DNA from: the human T2T-CHM13v2.0 reference genome, Homo sapiens
Strand: one strand, 5' to 3'
Length of the DNA: 64,000 nucleotides
NCBI RefSeq assembly: GCF_009914755.1
Contig: NC_060933.1
The notes beneath the pieces were generated by a model, which searched no databases, was not told the DNA's origin, and was given only the letters and a program-made list of their open reading frames with translations. The position numbers and the translations under genes are program-made. Of this stretch, positions 15,620 to 29,320 are shown piece after piece (the first letter of the stretch is position 1; each line of letters opens with the position of its first letter).

Positions 15620-15790
15620 ACCAATCTATCTGTGTTTTGGAAGTCATTTAACCTTTGTAAGTCTCATTTTACTCATCTCTAAATTAACATGGTATTACTG
15701 ACACTTACTGTACCATGTTATAGTGAGAGTTAAATATAGTGTATGAGAAAGTACGTTGCAAACTATAAATTTCCATTCAGATATCATTAT
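15620..15790 (+). mobile_element. MIR SINE
   Basis: AAGTCATTTAACCT.TGTAAGTCTCA.TTT.CTCATCT.TAAA core. Confidence 0.65.
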
Positions 15791-18641
15791 TTAAGCAATT
15801 ATACATATTAAACTTGTTATCTAAGATTAGTTTTTGTATATGCCAACCAACTCCAGCTAATGCCAAATTTTAAAATACAGCCCTTTAAAATCAGCTCCTT
15901 TAAGGACAAAAATTTACATTTCCCCTGGTATCCACAAATAGGTCATATATTATCTACCTATTGTACAACTCATTAATTTAAAACTGTATCTATCCCTTCA
16001 GAGAAAATGATCCAGAATTGTTTTTAAAACTACAAGGCAACATCCATTCAGTTAAAAGATTAATGATAACCCATGTTAAGTCATCATCATTCATTCCTAT
16101 AATTCAAAGGTAAATTAACCAGGTGTAAAATCATGACCACAAAGGTATTTTTAAATAACTGTTTTTATCAACATTTTTAAATACCATAAAGTGGTACATG
16201 CTCTTCCTTGTCATTATTCTTACTTTGTCATTCTCTACTAATTCAGTGTCATTTTAGAAAAGCTTTAAATTTATTATAAAACCTATGTTTGGAGAAGCAT
16301 TATTTTAAAGGGCTTTTAAATCTTCAGAAATCTTATAAAAATCTATTATCAAGTCTCCTCTTTTCACAGCTAGAAATAATTGTTTGAAAACTGTTTACCC
16401 AGAAAGTAAATTATAGAAGGCCAGAAATCATTAAAATTCCTGATTTTAAGAGCTGTGTTGTCATAGGAGGAAGTAAAATTGGACAGTCAAACAAACCAGC
16501 AAAACTACAACCACAAAAAGTCATTAGTATCATGACTTGAAATTAAATTATTTGCAAGTACAAGTTCAGCTCCTCACTTCTTCCCTATCATCTAATTCAT
16601 GGCACACTAGTTTTGTCCTTAATAAGTATTAAACAAAATTAAGAAAAAATATGTTACATAACTTTGGACTTCTGCTTCCAAAAAGGAGTGATGTCTTTGT
16701 AGATTGATAAATGGAACATGTTCATTAGGATGAATTTTGAGAGAATGGAGCAGAAGGGGAGAATATTAATAATGGGTACTAAAGCAAATTTGACTTATTT
16801 CTAGTAACTTGGTAAGATTAAAAGAAGCCAGAATCAAGGAGGCCAATCCATCTTTTTATTTGACACTCTGTTTCTATTCCCCCTCTCAGTGACTCTTCCT
16901 TGCTTAAGAAGTTTCCTCATCTCTGCAGACCCTTAGAAAATCTACCAGGACTTAGAAGAGAAGAGAACTATTTAGAATGAGATTATTTATACATATAACT
17001 GCAGGTAGCTGCTGGTGGGATTAATTATAAATTTTGAAGACCACTGAAAACTTGTCAAGCTAATAAATCAGCTTCATTTAGACAAAGTCCTAAGTCAGAA
17101 CAAGGCTACTATTCCATTGGTCAATGACCTATAGGCAAATCCGATCATGTTGGTCTTAGACTTTAACACTTCAAGCTACCTAGAAAACTCTGCCCACATA
17201 TATAGAGAAAAACTCTTGAATATTAATCATTCTTATTCTATTTAGGAAGATTTCAGTGCCTATAATTTTTTTCAGGGCACTAAGATAGGGATTACTTTCA
17301 ACTGGTAAATCTTTTACTAATAAACTTTCCTTATGTTATCAATCATGATAGGTAGAATACCTGACACCTAGAGTCTTCTTTCTACTTTATTTGATTTCTC
17401 AACCATTTTGAGGTATAATTCTCAATAAATTTTAAATGCAACAGGAAAATAATCAAAAACCTTTTATTCTGCAATTATGAAGGCTAGTTGAATGCCAGGG
17501 AATAAAAAAGCTATGAAAAATGAAGGTATGAATGGAAACACACGCTTACTGTCTGCTTGTTTGTGGTTTTATTTTTATTTGAGGGAAAAATGACTGGAAA
17601 GACTAACAGATGCATCATTTTGGGGCCATGAGAAAGTTTTGAGAACAGAAGTCCATGGAAACACAATAAAGATAACATAAAGTTTCTCCAATTGAGCTTT
17701 TACATTTATGTTTTTCATATTAATATTGTTTAAATAAACAATCACATTTAATAGCATGTATTTTATTAAGAAATATGTACAGTATCCAGATTCATAAAGG
17801 AAAAAAGAAAAGGAAAGTCTTTCTTGGTTCTATCTGTCCAATCCCACTACCACACAATAACTACTATAAACACTTTGATGTGTTTATTTTCTGATATTTG
17901 AAATATATACTCATTTGATATAGGTCATTTGATAGCTACATTGATGTGTTATTTATTCTATTCCTATTTTAAAACATTTGATTTATATCATTTTTATTGA
18001 ATAAATAATGCTATAATTAACATATAAAAAGAAAGGGTTTGATTTGTCCTTGAGAGGACAAATGGCCTGATGCTCTATCTTTAGGCTAGAAAAGTAGTAA
18101 CACAAAGAACGAAGGCCCAAAAGAGCTAAGCAATTCTGCTAACTGATAAAGCTGGGCTTAGTCTGGTTAAGGTACAACGACAAAGTCCAATTCATACTGG
18201 TACAACTGCTTCTAACAGGTAGAATAGCTATAAATAAAAATAATGCATGCATATTTTTCTAAAACTTTAAACAGTTCAGTTCCCCAATTCCCAAACTCAA
18301 TTTACTTTTAATTTCACAGGTTATAAACTCCAGACAACTAGTCACCATTGACAGGCATTTGGCTGAAATTAAAAAAGAAGAAAGTCTTCTAGCACCCAGC
18401 TTCTATTTTCTCTACCTTTCCACCAATTATTATGAAGCCACCAATAAAAAGTAAAACTAGTTTACAGTATATATTGTTTTTTATAGGACAATACTGTTTG
18501 CTTGGTAAATTCCATTTTATGAGAAAGTTGATCTCTATGTATAAGCAACTATAGTTGTCATATTTGATTCTAGCTACATGATTGTGCTTCCTAAATTTTG
18601 TGAATATAAGGCTGGTGCTTTGGTAATATTATATGTCCTCT

Positions 18642-20237
18642 TTATGGCAGTGGCGGCCCATCTGGCATATCCACTGTGAAGATGCCGGCTGCACTGGGGG
18701 AAGAGTGGCCAGCGCTGCATCCTCCATGGAGTCAGTGGGAGCTGGGAACAGGTAGGAGTTCTGCCCCCTTCTTAGTTGGTGGGGCAGGAACCCCACCCTG
18801 CTAGCTCAGCTGCAGCCTCACTGCTGCAGCTGTCAACTCAGGCATCCCTGCACTCTTGCTAGTCTGGGAAGCACCCCTGCTGGCTCCAAAGTGTCTGCTC
18901 ACACTGCCTGGACCCTCCCTGCTCCCAGGTCCAGCTCTGATTTTGAAGCAAAGTTGAGGCCAAGCCTGGGTGCTGTCACAACCCAGCTGGGTGTGCTGAC
19001 ACATCAGCCCCCTGCTGCCTTGGCCCCCTCTGGACATTGAGTGCAAATGAGCATGAGAGGGAGGGCAAAGGGGACTTCAGGGTGGCTTGGTGCAGGCCTG
19101 AAGGTGACCCTTGTCATGAACAGTCTGTGCACCATGGATGACATGTAGATGGCATCAGGAGGCAGACAGGCTCCTGGGTAGAAAGGGGCTGATCCCTGGT
19201 GAAGCTCCACCTTCAGACCAGGGAAGGCTTGAAACCTAGAGGCTGGGCTGTCAGTTCCAGGTGGAGTCTGTGGCTGTAGTGAGAACTTACCATGCTTTTT
19301 TAGGGCCAGCCCATGACTGCCCATAGAACATTCAGCACATACATCCTCCCTTCTGAGCCCATAAAGACCACAGACTCATACGAGACTTGGGCAGATGTCG
19401 GGATGACCTGCCTGCCGATAGTAGCTACCCACTCCGGGTTTCCTCTCTGCTGAGGGCTGCAGACTCGACAGGATGACCTGCCTGGGGAAAGGAGCTCCCT
19501 ACCTCAGGTCTTCTCTCCATTGAGGACTGCAGACACGATGGGACAACCTGCCTGTGGAAAGGAGCTACCCACTCTGGATCTCGTGAAAGCTGTTCTGTTG
19601 CTCAATAAAGTACCTCTCTGCCTTGCTCACCCTCCATTGTCCATGTACCTCATTCTTCCTGGATGCAGGACAAGAACCTGGGACCCATCAAATGGCAGGG
19701 CTGAAAGAGCTGTAATAGAAACAGGGCTGAAACATGCCCTCCACTTACCACGTTTCAGGAAAAGAGAGAAGGAGAGAAGTGTCATGGCCCTTCAGGGAGC
19801 CCAGACCTAGGAGCTACCCAAGCTAGGGCTATGACACCCAATCTGGGGCTCTGTGGTTCTCGGTGTCTCCAAGATCCGGGCACTACCACGTTCCCCGGTG
19901 CCCACAATGGAAGCTGCCTCTGGTATGCCTGGTCTAGCCGTAGCCTCACAGGGAGCTGGCACCCATGTTGGCACCTAGAGCTACCCACCCCACTGCAGCT
20001 AGCATGCCTGGCTGTACACAGTGGCCAGACCCCATGCTCGCTTTCTCATGGACCCCTCGCCACTCATTTCTGGGTCACCCTTGGCAGGCATGGGATCCAG
20101 GCTAGTAGCAAGAGCCAAGCGCAGGCTGCCAGGGCCAGTAGGTGGAATGAGCCCAGTGGGCCTGAGCAACTCGGGGAACAGCACCACTGGCCAGAGATTT
20201 CTGGCTGGAAGAGTGACATCTGAAGGATCCTGTGACA
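18642..20237 (+). mobile_element. MER52 solo LTR (ERV1, about 1.6 kb)
   Basis: Begins T(T)ATGGCAGTGGCGGCCC, ends AAGGATCCTGTGACA; GC-rich; AATAAA 19604-19609; 4-bp TSD CTCT (18638-18641, 20238-20241). Confidence 0.9.
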
Positions 20238-20837
20238 CTCTTGTTCTTCTGGAATATTACAATATTAAATACATTGAAGGAACACAGAAATTCTACCAGA
20301 GGACAATCACAACTGCTAAAGAAGAAACTGAGAAATTTGATTTAGAAGCGTAAGTTCCTTTGCAGAACATCAAGGAATGGTAGGTTACTAGCTGAAAACA
20401 GAAATCAAGGAATCAGGGTCTTGTGCTTTCAGGAATACTTTATTTAAGTACATTTATATATGGGCAACATGACACTGAAAATACAATAGCCAAAGATGTA
20501 TTAGAAAGCCCATGAGATAATCCATATTAAAATCTCTGAAAAATATAATCTCATTCAAAATATAAAATAGATTCTTTTCCAGAATAAAAGAAGTACAAAC
20601 AAAAAAGAATTCCACAAATAACACTAAACTATATTTTATTAAAAACAAGCACATCAGTATGGTATAAACCTTTTTTTTTTTAAGTGTTTCAACTTCTAAA
20701 TGTATTTTCCCATTGTCACAGATATTGGGCAATCTAATGATGAGTGTTACTGAAGGTCCTTTCATTATTTTTCTTTTAGTGGATTCTAGCTCAGAATTCA
20801 TTCTCGACTTCAAATTTTAGGTGAGAAAACAAAATAA

Positions 20838-21309
<472 letters not shown>

Positions 21310-21879
21310 AAAACCCACTTTTGAATATAAAATTCCTAGCCATGTAAATAACCTGATATTAGAGAAATTTTTTCCACCTAGTAAAAAAGTCACCAATGAA
21401 GAAGATTCAAGTCCCTAAAATAAGTACAAAACTTTATGATTCCATGCCACTATTCTTTATCTAATTTTTGCAGGTACTCATTATTTGATGGGTGATTATA
21501 AAGAAACAAAGATGATGGTAAATTAGTAATTGTGGTTGGAAAATAATGCCAAGATTTCTTAGGCATTCTTCCAACTCTATAACAATTTGGGCAATAAATT
21601 TCCAAAAATGACAGTATCTGTCTTGCATGAGTATATCTTCTATAATTATAGACTTGAACAAGAGAATGCAAACCTATTAGTTAAAAATACACCATCTCTC
21701 CTTGTTGATAATTCTAAGTGAAAGTATTACTATATGTTAGAATGTACCAGCATTTGATTTGATAAACACCCGAAAATAACTAATCATTCTGAGAGAGATA
21801 AGGCTAAATAAATTTATCTGGTAATAAATGCAGTAGGCCACAAAATAAAAATAAAAATCATAAATGTAGGAAAGATATG

Positions 21880-22800
21880 AGATTACATTATTGGTAGAAA
21901 ATAGCATCATAAACTTATAAAACTCAAAAGAATCCAGAGAAGCATAATAGAATTACAAAGTCAGTCCAAGCAATTGGAATGTGTTAAGATAAAATTAGAA
22001 AATCAATGGCATCCTTATCCACCAACAAAAACCAGATTGAAAAATATAATAAAAATATACAAATCCTTGGAAGTATTGAGTGAGGGCTATAGATAGATAG
22101 ATAGACAGACAGACAGACCAATATATGTATACAACAGGAATAACCTTAATAAAATATGCTACCTCTAGATGAGTTTCTCAGAAAATTTAATGAGAGTTAT
22201 AAAAGATGAAAATATATAGAGTCATGTACTATATTTCAAAGTAGGAAGCCTAAAATGTGTTAAAATATTGTTCTTCTAAAATGAAATTTTAGGTTTCACA
22301 CACATCTATGGATTATTCAATGGAATATATTTCAGAACTCAACATATTCTAAAGTTCACATAGAAAATATTTTTATGCTGTTCAACTTTTTATACATTAT
22401 GAACTCTAAAATTGGACTGTGTTATACAATCAATAGAATGTCATAGTTTAGTTGACAGATTTTTTCTTAGTTTTACATAGACACAGAAATCTAGTTATAA
22501 AGCAAACTAGAAAATATTTTCTAGAGGAGAAACAATTAGACTAGAATAGTGGGAATATGATGACCATTTATTAAAAACTATAAACCTGAAAGATTAAAAC
22601 AAGTGTAAATGTGTGCTAGACAGAGAGAACACAAAAGCAAAACACCTAGAACATATATTAGGATTTTAAGCCTAGTAAATGAAGCATTATAATTTAATTG
22701 GAAAATGAAGGGGCATTTCACAGAACATGTTGGAGGAAGGGCTTCTCAGGTTGCAAATAAAACTTAACATCTAAATTATATTGCAGATGAATTAGTTAAA
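21880..22800 (+). mobile_element. Degenerate L1ME ORF2 fragment containing a short (GATA)n(GACA)n repeat
   Basis: AAAATCAATGGCATCCTTAT.CACCAACAAAAACCAG.TTGAAAA and ATTCTAAAGTTCACATAGAAA are L1 ORF2-like; microsatellite at about 22089-22118. Confidence 0.55.
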
Positions 22801-22822
22801 ATATATTTATATCTTTATATAA

Positions 22823-23155
<333 letters not shown>

Positions 23156-23466
23156 TAGAAATGGTTTTTACTTCAATAATGAAGATAATTTTAACTATTT
23201 GGAAATGAAAAGAAACTGCGGAGAAGTATCATACCTTTTTCTGCATGCAGTGTTTATGTTTTTTTATTATGACACTTCCATATGTATGGAAGACTGTATA
23301 TATTCCCACAGTTTAAATAATAAACACACCCCCCTAGCTTTATAAAAAGTGTGTTGCCAGGAATCAATGACACTTGGATGCCTTTCTAGATCTCGTAATC
23401 TCCTAGAGGCAAAGACTTCTTTGTCTAATAACTATTCCCTTGCATTCTTTAATAGTTCTACATATA

Positions 23467-24055
23467 TAATGGATCTTCATTACTCTCAGATTCCACATTT
23501 GCAAATTTGCCTACTTACTAAATTTTATTTGTAATCTCTAAATCAAATGTCAGTTCACTTTTGTGGTCAACTGCAGACACGCGCAGAGAGTGACAAATTT
23601 GAGTCGCCTGGCACACATGTTCCCAGGTGATGTTGAACAAGCAAATGTTCTGCATTCTTGTTTTGGCTCTCATGCTGTAAACAGGTGTCCATTTCACAAC
23701 CTATTTCGTGCCAAGTTTTACATATTTGTGTGGGGCTTTACTATTGGTGATTGTGCTGTTTAAAAGGGCCCCACGTATAATGTTAAAGTGCTGTTTAGTG
23801 TTCCTAAGCATATGGGTGTTAGGCAAGTTTCCTTCCTGCATGAGTTATAGTGTTGTTGACTGTGAGTTCAATGTTAAACAATTAAATCAAACACATAAAA
23901 CGAGGCTATGTATTGATTAGTTGACGAAATGCTGTGACCAGAGGTTCACAGAGCCTAACTCTATAGGCCAACTAGGAGCAGTGTTTCACTAATTGCCAAT
24001 TCATTATAGGAAAATTCATAGAATATTAAATACTGTGATTAATGGCAATCCACTG
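23467..24055. mobile_element. MER82-like (TcMar-Tigger) DNA transposon
   Basis: GCAAATTTGCCTACTT.CTAAA.TTTATTTGTAA...GCATGAGTTATAGTG.TGTTG.C.GTGAGTTCAATGTTAA...TGTGACCAGAGG; ends CACTG-TA. Confidence 0.75.
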
Positions 24056-24268
24056 TACCTATTTACAAGTCAACATAGTGCTCAGTTGTAAATGTATCAT
24101 TATTTTTATATTTATCTTTTAATATATGTATTCTGTAATTTGCTTGTTTGCTAAATATTTTTGTGACGTGTCAAGGTTGAAAGATGCAAGTTATTATACA
24201 TTAATACTATTGCATAAACCTTTGATTTGATATACTACATTTTGTATATTCAATTAACTCTGCTACAG

Positions 24269-25885
24269 AAGAATGAAACTGGACTCCTACCTATTACCAT
24301 ATACAAAAATTAACTCAAAATGGATTAAAAACTTAAATGTAAGACATCAAGCTATAAAAATCCCAGAAGAAAACCTAAGAAATACCCTTCTCGATATTGC
24401 CCTTGGCAAAGAATTGATGGCTGAGTCCCCAAAAACAAGTGCAACACACACAAAAATTGCTAAGTAGGATCTACTTAACACAAAACACAAACTAAACACT
24501 AAACACAAGCTAAACACTAAACACAAACTAAACACCGACTAAACAGAAAAATTGCTAAGTAGGACCTAATTAAACTAAAGAGTTTCTGCACTGCAAGGCA
24601 AACTATCAGTGGAGTAAACAGACAACATACAGAATGGGCAAAAAATATTCAGAAACTATGATTCTGACAAAGACCTGATATCCAGAATCTATAAGCAACG
24701 TAAATCAACAAGCAAAAAACAATCCCATTAAAAAGTGGGCAATGGACATGAACAGACACTTCTCACAAGACATTCAAGTGGCCAAGAAACATGAAAAAAT
24801 GTTCACCACTAAGCATCAGAAAAATGCAAACCAAAGCCACCATGAAATTCCATCTCACACCAGTCAGAATGGTTTTGTTAAAAAGTTAAAAATACAGATG
24901 TTGGTGAGGCTGCAGAGAAAAGGAATGCTTATACACTGTTGGTGGGAAAGTAAATTAGTTCAGCCACTGTGGAGGGTCTTTTGGAGAATTCTTAAAGAAT
25001 TATAAGTTAAACTACCATTTAACCCCACATTCCAATTACTGGGTATATACCCAAAGGAAAATATATAGTACTACCAAAAGACACAGGCAGTCAAGCATGG
25101 TGGCTCACACCTATAATCACAACACTTTGGAAAGCTAAGACAGGGTGGTTGCTTGAGGCCAGGAGTTTAAGACCAGCCTGGGCAACATAGCAAGACCCCA
25201 TCTCTACAAAAAATTTTAAAAAATAACTGGGTTTGGTGGCACGAGCTTGTAGTCCCATCTACTTGGGAGACTGAGGCAGGAGAATTTCTTGAGCCTAGGA
25301 AGTTGACACTGAAGTGAGCCATGTTTTTACCACCACACTCCAGCCTGGGTGACAGAGAGAAATTCTGTCTCAAAAAAAAAAAAAAAAAATAGACACACAA
25401 CCTATGTTCACTAAAGCGCTATTCACAATAGCAAAGACATGGAATCAAACCAGGTACCCAACAATGGTGGATTAAATAAAGACAATGATGTGATACACAG
25501 ACACTATGGAATACTACACTACCATAAAAAAACTATTTCTTTGGCAATACCGCGGATGTAGCTGTAGGCCATTATCCCAAGCAAACTAACACAGGAACAG
25601 AAAACTAAATACCACATATTATCTCTTATACCATTGGGTATACATGGACATAAATATAGGAACAATACACACTGAGGAATCCAAAAGGGGGCAGGGAAGG
25701 AGGAGGTCGAGGGTTAAAAATCTTAAAAAACTACCTATTGGTTACTATATGTACTTCCTTGGTGAGAGGTTCAATTGTACTTCAAACCCCAGCATCATAC
25801 AATATACCTTTGCAATCCTCAAGGCCTAATATCCCAATATCTGCACATGCAGACCCAGAATCTAAAAGTTGAAAAAGAAAAAAAT
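24269..25885 (+). mobile_element. 5'-truncated L1 (L1PA15/16-L1PB-like), distal ORF2 plus 3'UTR
   Basis: ORF fragments MKLDSYLLPYTKINSKWIKNLNVR and MDMNRHFS are L1 ORF2p; 3'UTR CTACCTATTGG.TACTAT; A-rich tail. Confidence 0.92.
25089..25389 (+). mobile_element. Alu SINE, AluJ-like, nested in L1
   Basis: GCTTGAGGCCAGGAGTT.AAGACCAGCCTGGGCAACATAGCAAGACCCC; poly-A tail. Confidence 0.93.
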
Positions 25886-26179
25886 AACAATTATTAATGT
25901 ATTAATTAATGAAATATGGTGCTATGTTTATTAACTTTGGATTATTTCTAGATGTTTGCAAATACAAAAAATATTGCTCTAAAAACTTTTGCAGCTACAA
26001 TAAGTTTCTCCATGCTGTATACCTAGGAGTGGCGATGCAGGGTCTGAGGTTTTTTGTATATTTAAATGTGTGAATTTATCAATAGGTGGTGTGTTATCAT
26101 TATTCAAAAAAAGTCAATAAAATTGCAAGCCAATGCTATTTCCCTTTACCTGTTATTATATTCATGTGGCCTAAATCCT

Positions 26180-26350
26180 AATTATCCTGTGTGATTCAGA
26201 GAATGAAAACATCAGATCACTTGGAAGCTGGTTAAAAATGAAGAATATCAAGACATACACTATTGAATCACTATCTGTATTTCTACACAATCCTTATTCT
26301 GTCATAATTCCTATGTGATTCATATGCACATTACATTTTTGGAAGCACTG
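26180..26350. mobile_element. MER5A-like hAT element
   Basis: CATCAG.TCAC.TGG.AGCT.GTTAAAAATG...TGATTCATATGCACATTA...GAAGCACTG. Confidence 0.6.
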
Positions 26351-26699
26351 ATATGAATGACATGCTAGATATTCTTTTCAAATTTTAGAATCCAAAGTAG
26401 AGCATGCTTAACATAGGACACATACTGGAAAATATAAAGCATGGAAATGTTTGATTTACTATTTCAAAAAATCTAAAATACAGTTAATAAATATAAAATG
26501 TCATGTTCCATGAGATGTTGTATTAATATAATATCATTTAATAAACTGTGATGTTATTGCTTATAAGCTACATTATACTTTTAAAATATCATACTATATG
26601 TAGTATTTTATATTATTTTTCTTACCAAATATGCAAATATTCTGTTCATCACTGTGTTCATGTAACAATCTGATATATGAACAATATTTACTATTCCAT

Positions 26700-26920
26700 A
26701 AAATTAGGAATTAGCCAGGCCTAGGATAAAATCTCAGTTTTGTCATTTACTAGTTGTGAGACAACTAGTTAGTTGAGCAATTTTCTTTTTCTGTATAAAT
26801 TCCAATTTCATTTTCTAAAAAATGGTAATAATGCCCACTTCATGGAATTGTTGAGAAAAATAAGAAAGATAGTATATAAAAAACAACTGTCAAACTAGGA
26901 ATCAAAACTGTATTTACTTT
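26700..26920 (+). mobile_element. MIR SINE
   Basis: CATTTACTAGTTGTGAGA...TAAAAATGGTAATAATGCCCACTTCAT.G.ATTGTTGAGA. Confidence 0.6.
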
Positions 26921-27233
26921 CCCTTGACTTATCATACAAAGCAGTCAAAAGTTACTTTTCCTTCAGGATAAAATTAAGATTAGACTAATTTATTATTTAA
27001 ATTATGCATTGCAATGAATAATCCCCCAAAGTATTCTGCGTTATTTTTTCATAACCAACAAATATATTTAATCAAAACATACAAGAACAACAAAAGAAGA
27101 AGAATTAGGGAAAAAAAGATTTTCACTTCTTTACATGTTGTCCTTATTTTTTTAAACATCAGAATATTTTTGCAATAAAATCAGTTATAATTTCTATGAT
27201 AGCTAGATGATAGCTAGAGAAGACTGATTACAG

Positions 27234-27543
27234 GTTTTTTTTTTTTTTTTTTTTTTTCCTCTTGAGACAGAGTCTTGCTCTGTCACCCAAGTTGGAGTAC
27301 AATGGTGTGATCTCTGCTCACTGCAACCGCCACCTATCAGGTTCAGGTGATTCTCCTGCCTCAGCCTCCTGAGTAGCTGGGACTACAGGCACGCACCACC
27401 ACTCCTGGCTAATTTTTGTATTTTCAGTGGAGACGAGGTTTCACCACGTTGTTAAGGCTGGTCTCAAACTCCTGACCTTAAGTGAAACGCCTACCTTGGC
27501 CTAACAAAGTGCTGGGATTACAGGCGTTAGCCACCGCAGTGGG
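27234..27543 (-). mobile_element. Alu SINE, AluS-like
   Basis: Full antisense Alu with T tail; near-TSD G(A/G)TTACAG. Confidence 0.95.
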
Positions 27544-28134
27544 CATGGTTACAGTTTTGATTGTTAAATGAACAGGCACTATTTCAGTAAGAAACAAAGA
27601 ATATAATTTATTGTGATAAAGTCCTGTGATATATTCAGGTATTTTAGACAAGAGCTTTATAAGGAATTGTAAAATAGTCAAGTATTTTACAAATATTATT
27701 TGGACCCAATTCTTGCCTCTTCCTGTTTCTTCTCAGTCTGTCTGGTAGCAGCTTTCAGTAAAATATCTTAACATATTGATTTAGTATTGTCACCTACTTG
27801 AAGTAACAGAGCAGAAGAGATGCTGAATATATTGTTAGCATATATGCATAACTCTATAATAGCGTTCTGTTTTAAGGGAAGGGTAATTTCTTGCACTTGT
27901 CTGTACTATCTAGACATATCCACAGTTATAAGAAACATCAAATGAGACTATGCCAATTTCACTTAATAATTTGACCAGCTTGACATCATTTTGGTGAAGG
28001 CAGTACAGTTCATCTCTTGATGTGGTTTTATGACTACAACATAAAATTTCTTCCAACTGAAAAAAAACTGAAATGTTGCACGTATATGGCTATGCTTAGC
28101 CAGTCAAAGTATCTGACTACTTCCTGACCTAGTG

Positions 28135-28303
28135 CACTGTCTCTCGAAGTGTAGTTCTTTATCACCTGTATTGTCGCTGTGCTTGTTAAAAATGCTCATT
28201 CCTAGGCTTCAACCCAGACTTTCTGAAACTGAAATTTTCAAGACTTATCCTTGAAATATATACTTCCAATAATTTTCAAGTACTCACTAATATGGCAGTT
28301 CTG
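28135..28303. mobile_element. MER5-like hAT element
   Basis: TCTC.AAGTGTAGT...GCTTGTTAAAAATGC..ATTCCTAGGC..CA.CCCAGAC. Confidence 0.55.
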
Positions 28304-29069
28304 AACAATACAAGTTGTCAGTGAGATAATTTGGTTCCTCTGTTGAATTATTTCAATGGTTGCATGGAAAATGCCATTAATTTTGTCAATTGATTAGAAC
28401 TTAAAGAAGAGCCAGCAGCTTCTCTGTATGCTTTTAGAGCATACAGAGATTTAAAAATAAATCTTATTCCAATTAGATGTCTTATAATGCTAAGGGTTTT
28501 ATTCTTGAAACCCAGTGTTTTGATTTGCTTTGTTTCAAAGGGTAGAGGGATTGCAGAAAAAAATTTAAAAAAAGAGAGCATATTAGGGAACTACTGACCC
28601 TCTTTGTTGTGTGACCAGCATTAAAAAGTAATGGATTTTGTTTTCGGTTGATTTATTTTTTTATTCCAAGGCAGAGATGTTTAAGGGTTATTTAAAAGCT
28701 TCAGAAATGTAGAAAACTTATTCTAAGTCCTTAATTCTACTGCTGCTACCCTTGCTGGAAAAAGTGATATGTATATCAGGAAATAGGAGGAAACTTTCTT
28801 ATCCCTATTTTGTCCTTCAACAACCTCCAGAGGCAAAAGTTGTTTTTCTCTAATATTGGATTTTAAAGGTCACTCTTTATTTTATAGCTCCAGGTTGGTT
28901 TCTACTCCTAGATATTTTACATGACCCATGGTAAATTAGACTCTAACCTGTGCTGAAGGACAAACTATAACTGTGTCTAATATCCCAGAACTCTATTCCC
29001 ATTTTGGAGTGAATACTTTGAAACTGCCTTAACACAGTCCTGTATTAATCCTTCAGATTGACGATTAGA

Positions 29070-29320
29070 CAGTATATTATGGTATCAAACAGTTAGACTT
29101 TGGGATAAAACAAACAAAGTTTTATTTAGTTATTTAAATAGTTATTAGCTGTTTAACATTAGTAAATTTGCTTAATTTATGGATACCTGCTGTATTTTCT
29201 GTAAAACTGAGGTAAGACTGTTCCATATTATGGAGTGGTTCCAAGAATTAAGTGAGAAAATACATCAATGAATTTAGCAAAATGATTGATATATAAAAAG
29301 AACCAACAAATATTTATTAC
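29070..29320 (+). mobile_element. MIR SINE
   Basis: AGACTTTGG...TAGCTG...CTGTAAAA.TGAGG..AGA...GAATTAAGTGAGA.AATAC. Confidence 0.6.

Noticed and set aside
18801-20353. Several 70-130 aa ORFs in a GC-rich block, resembling a gene or CpG-island promoter
   Set aside because: They lie in or start in the MER52 LTR; CpGs are largely decayed; no recognisable protein
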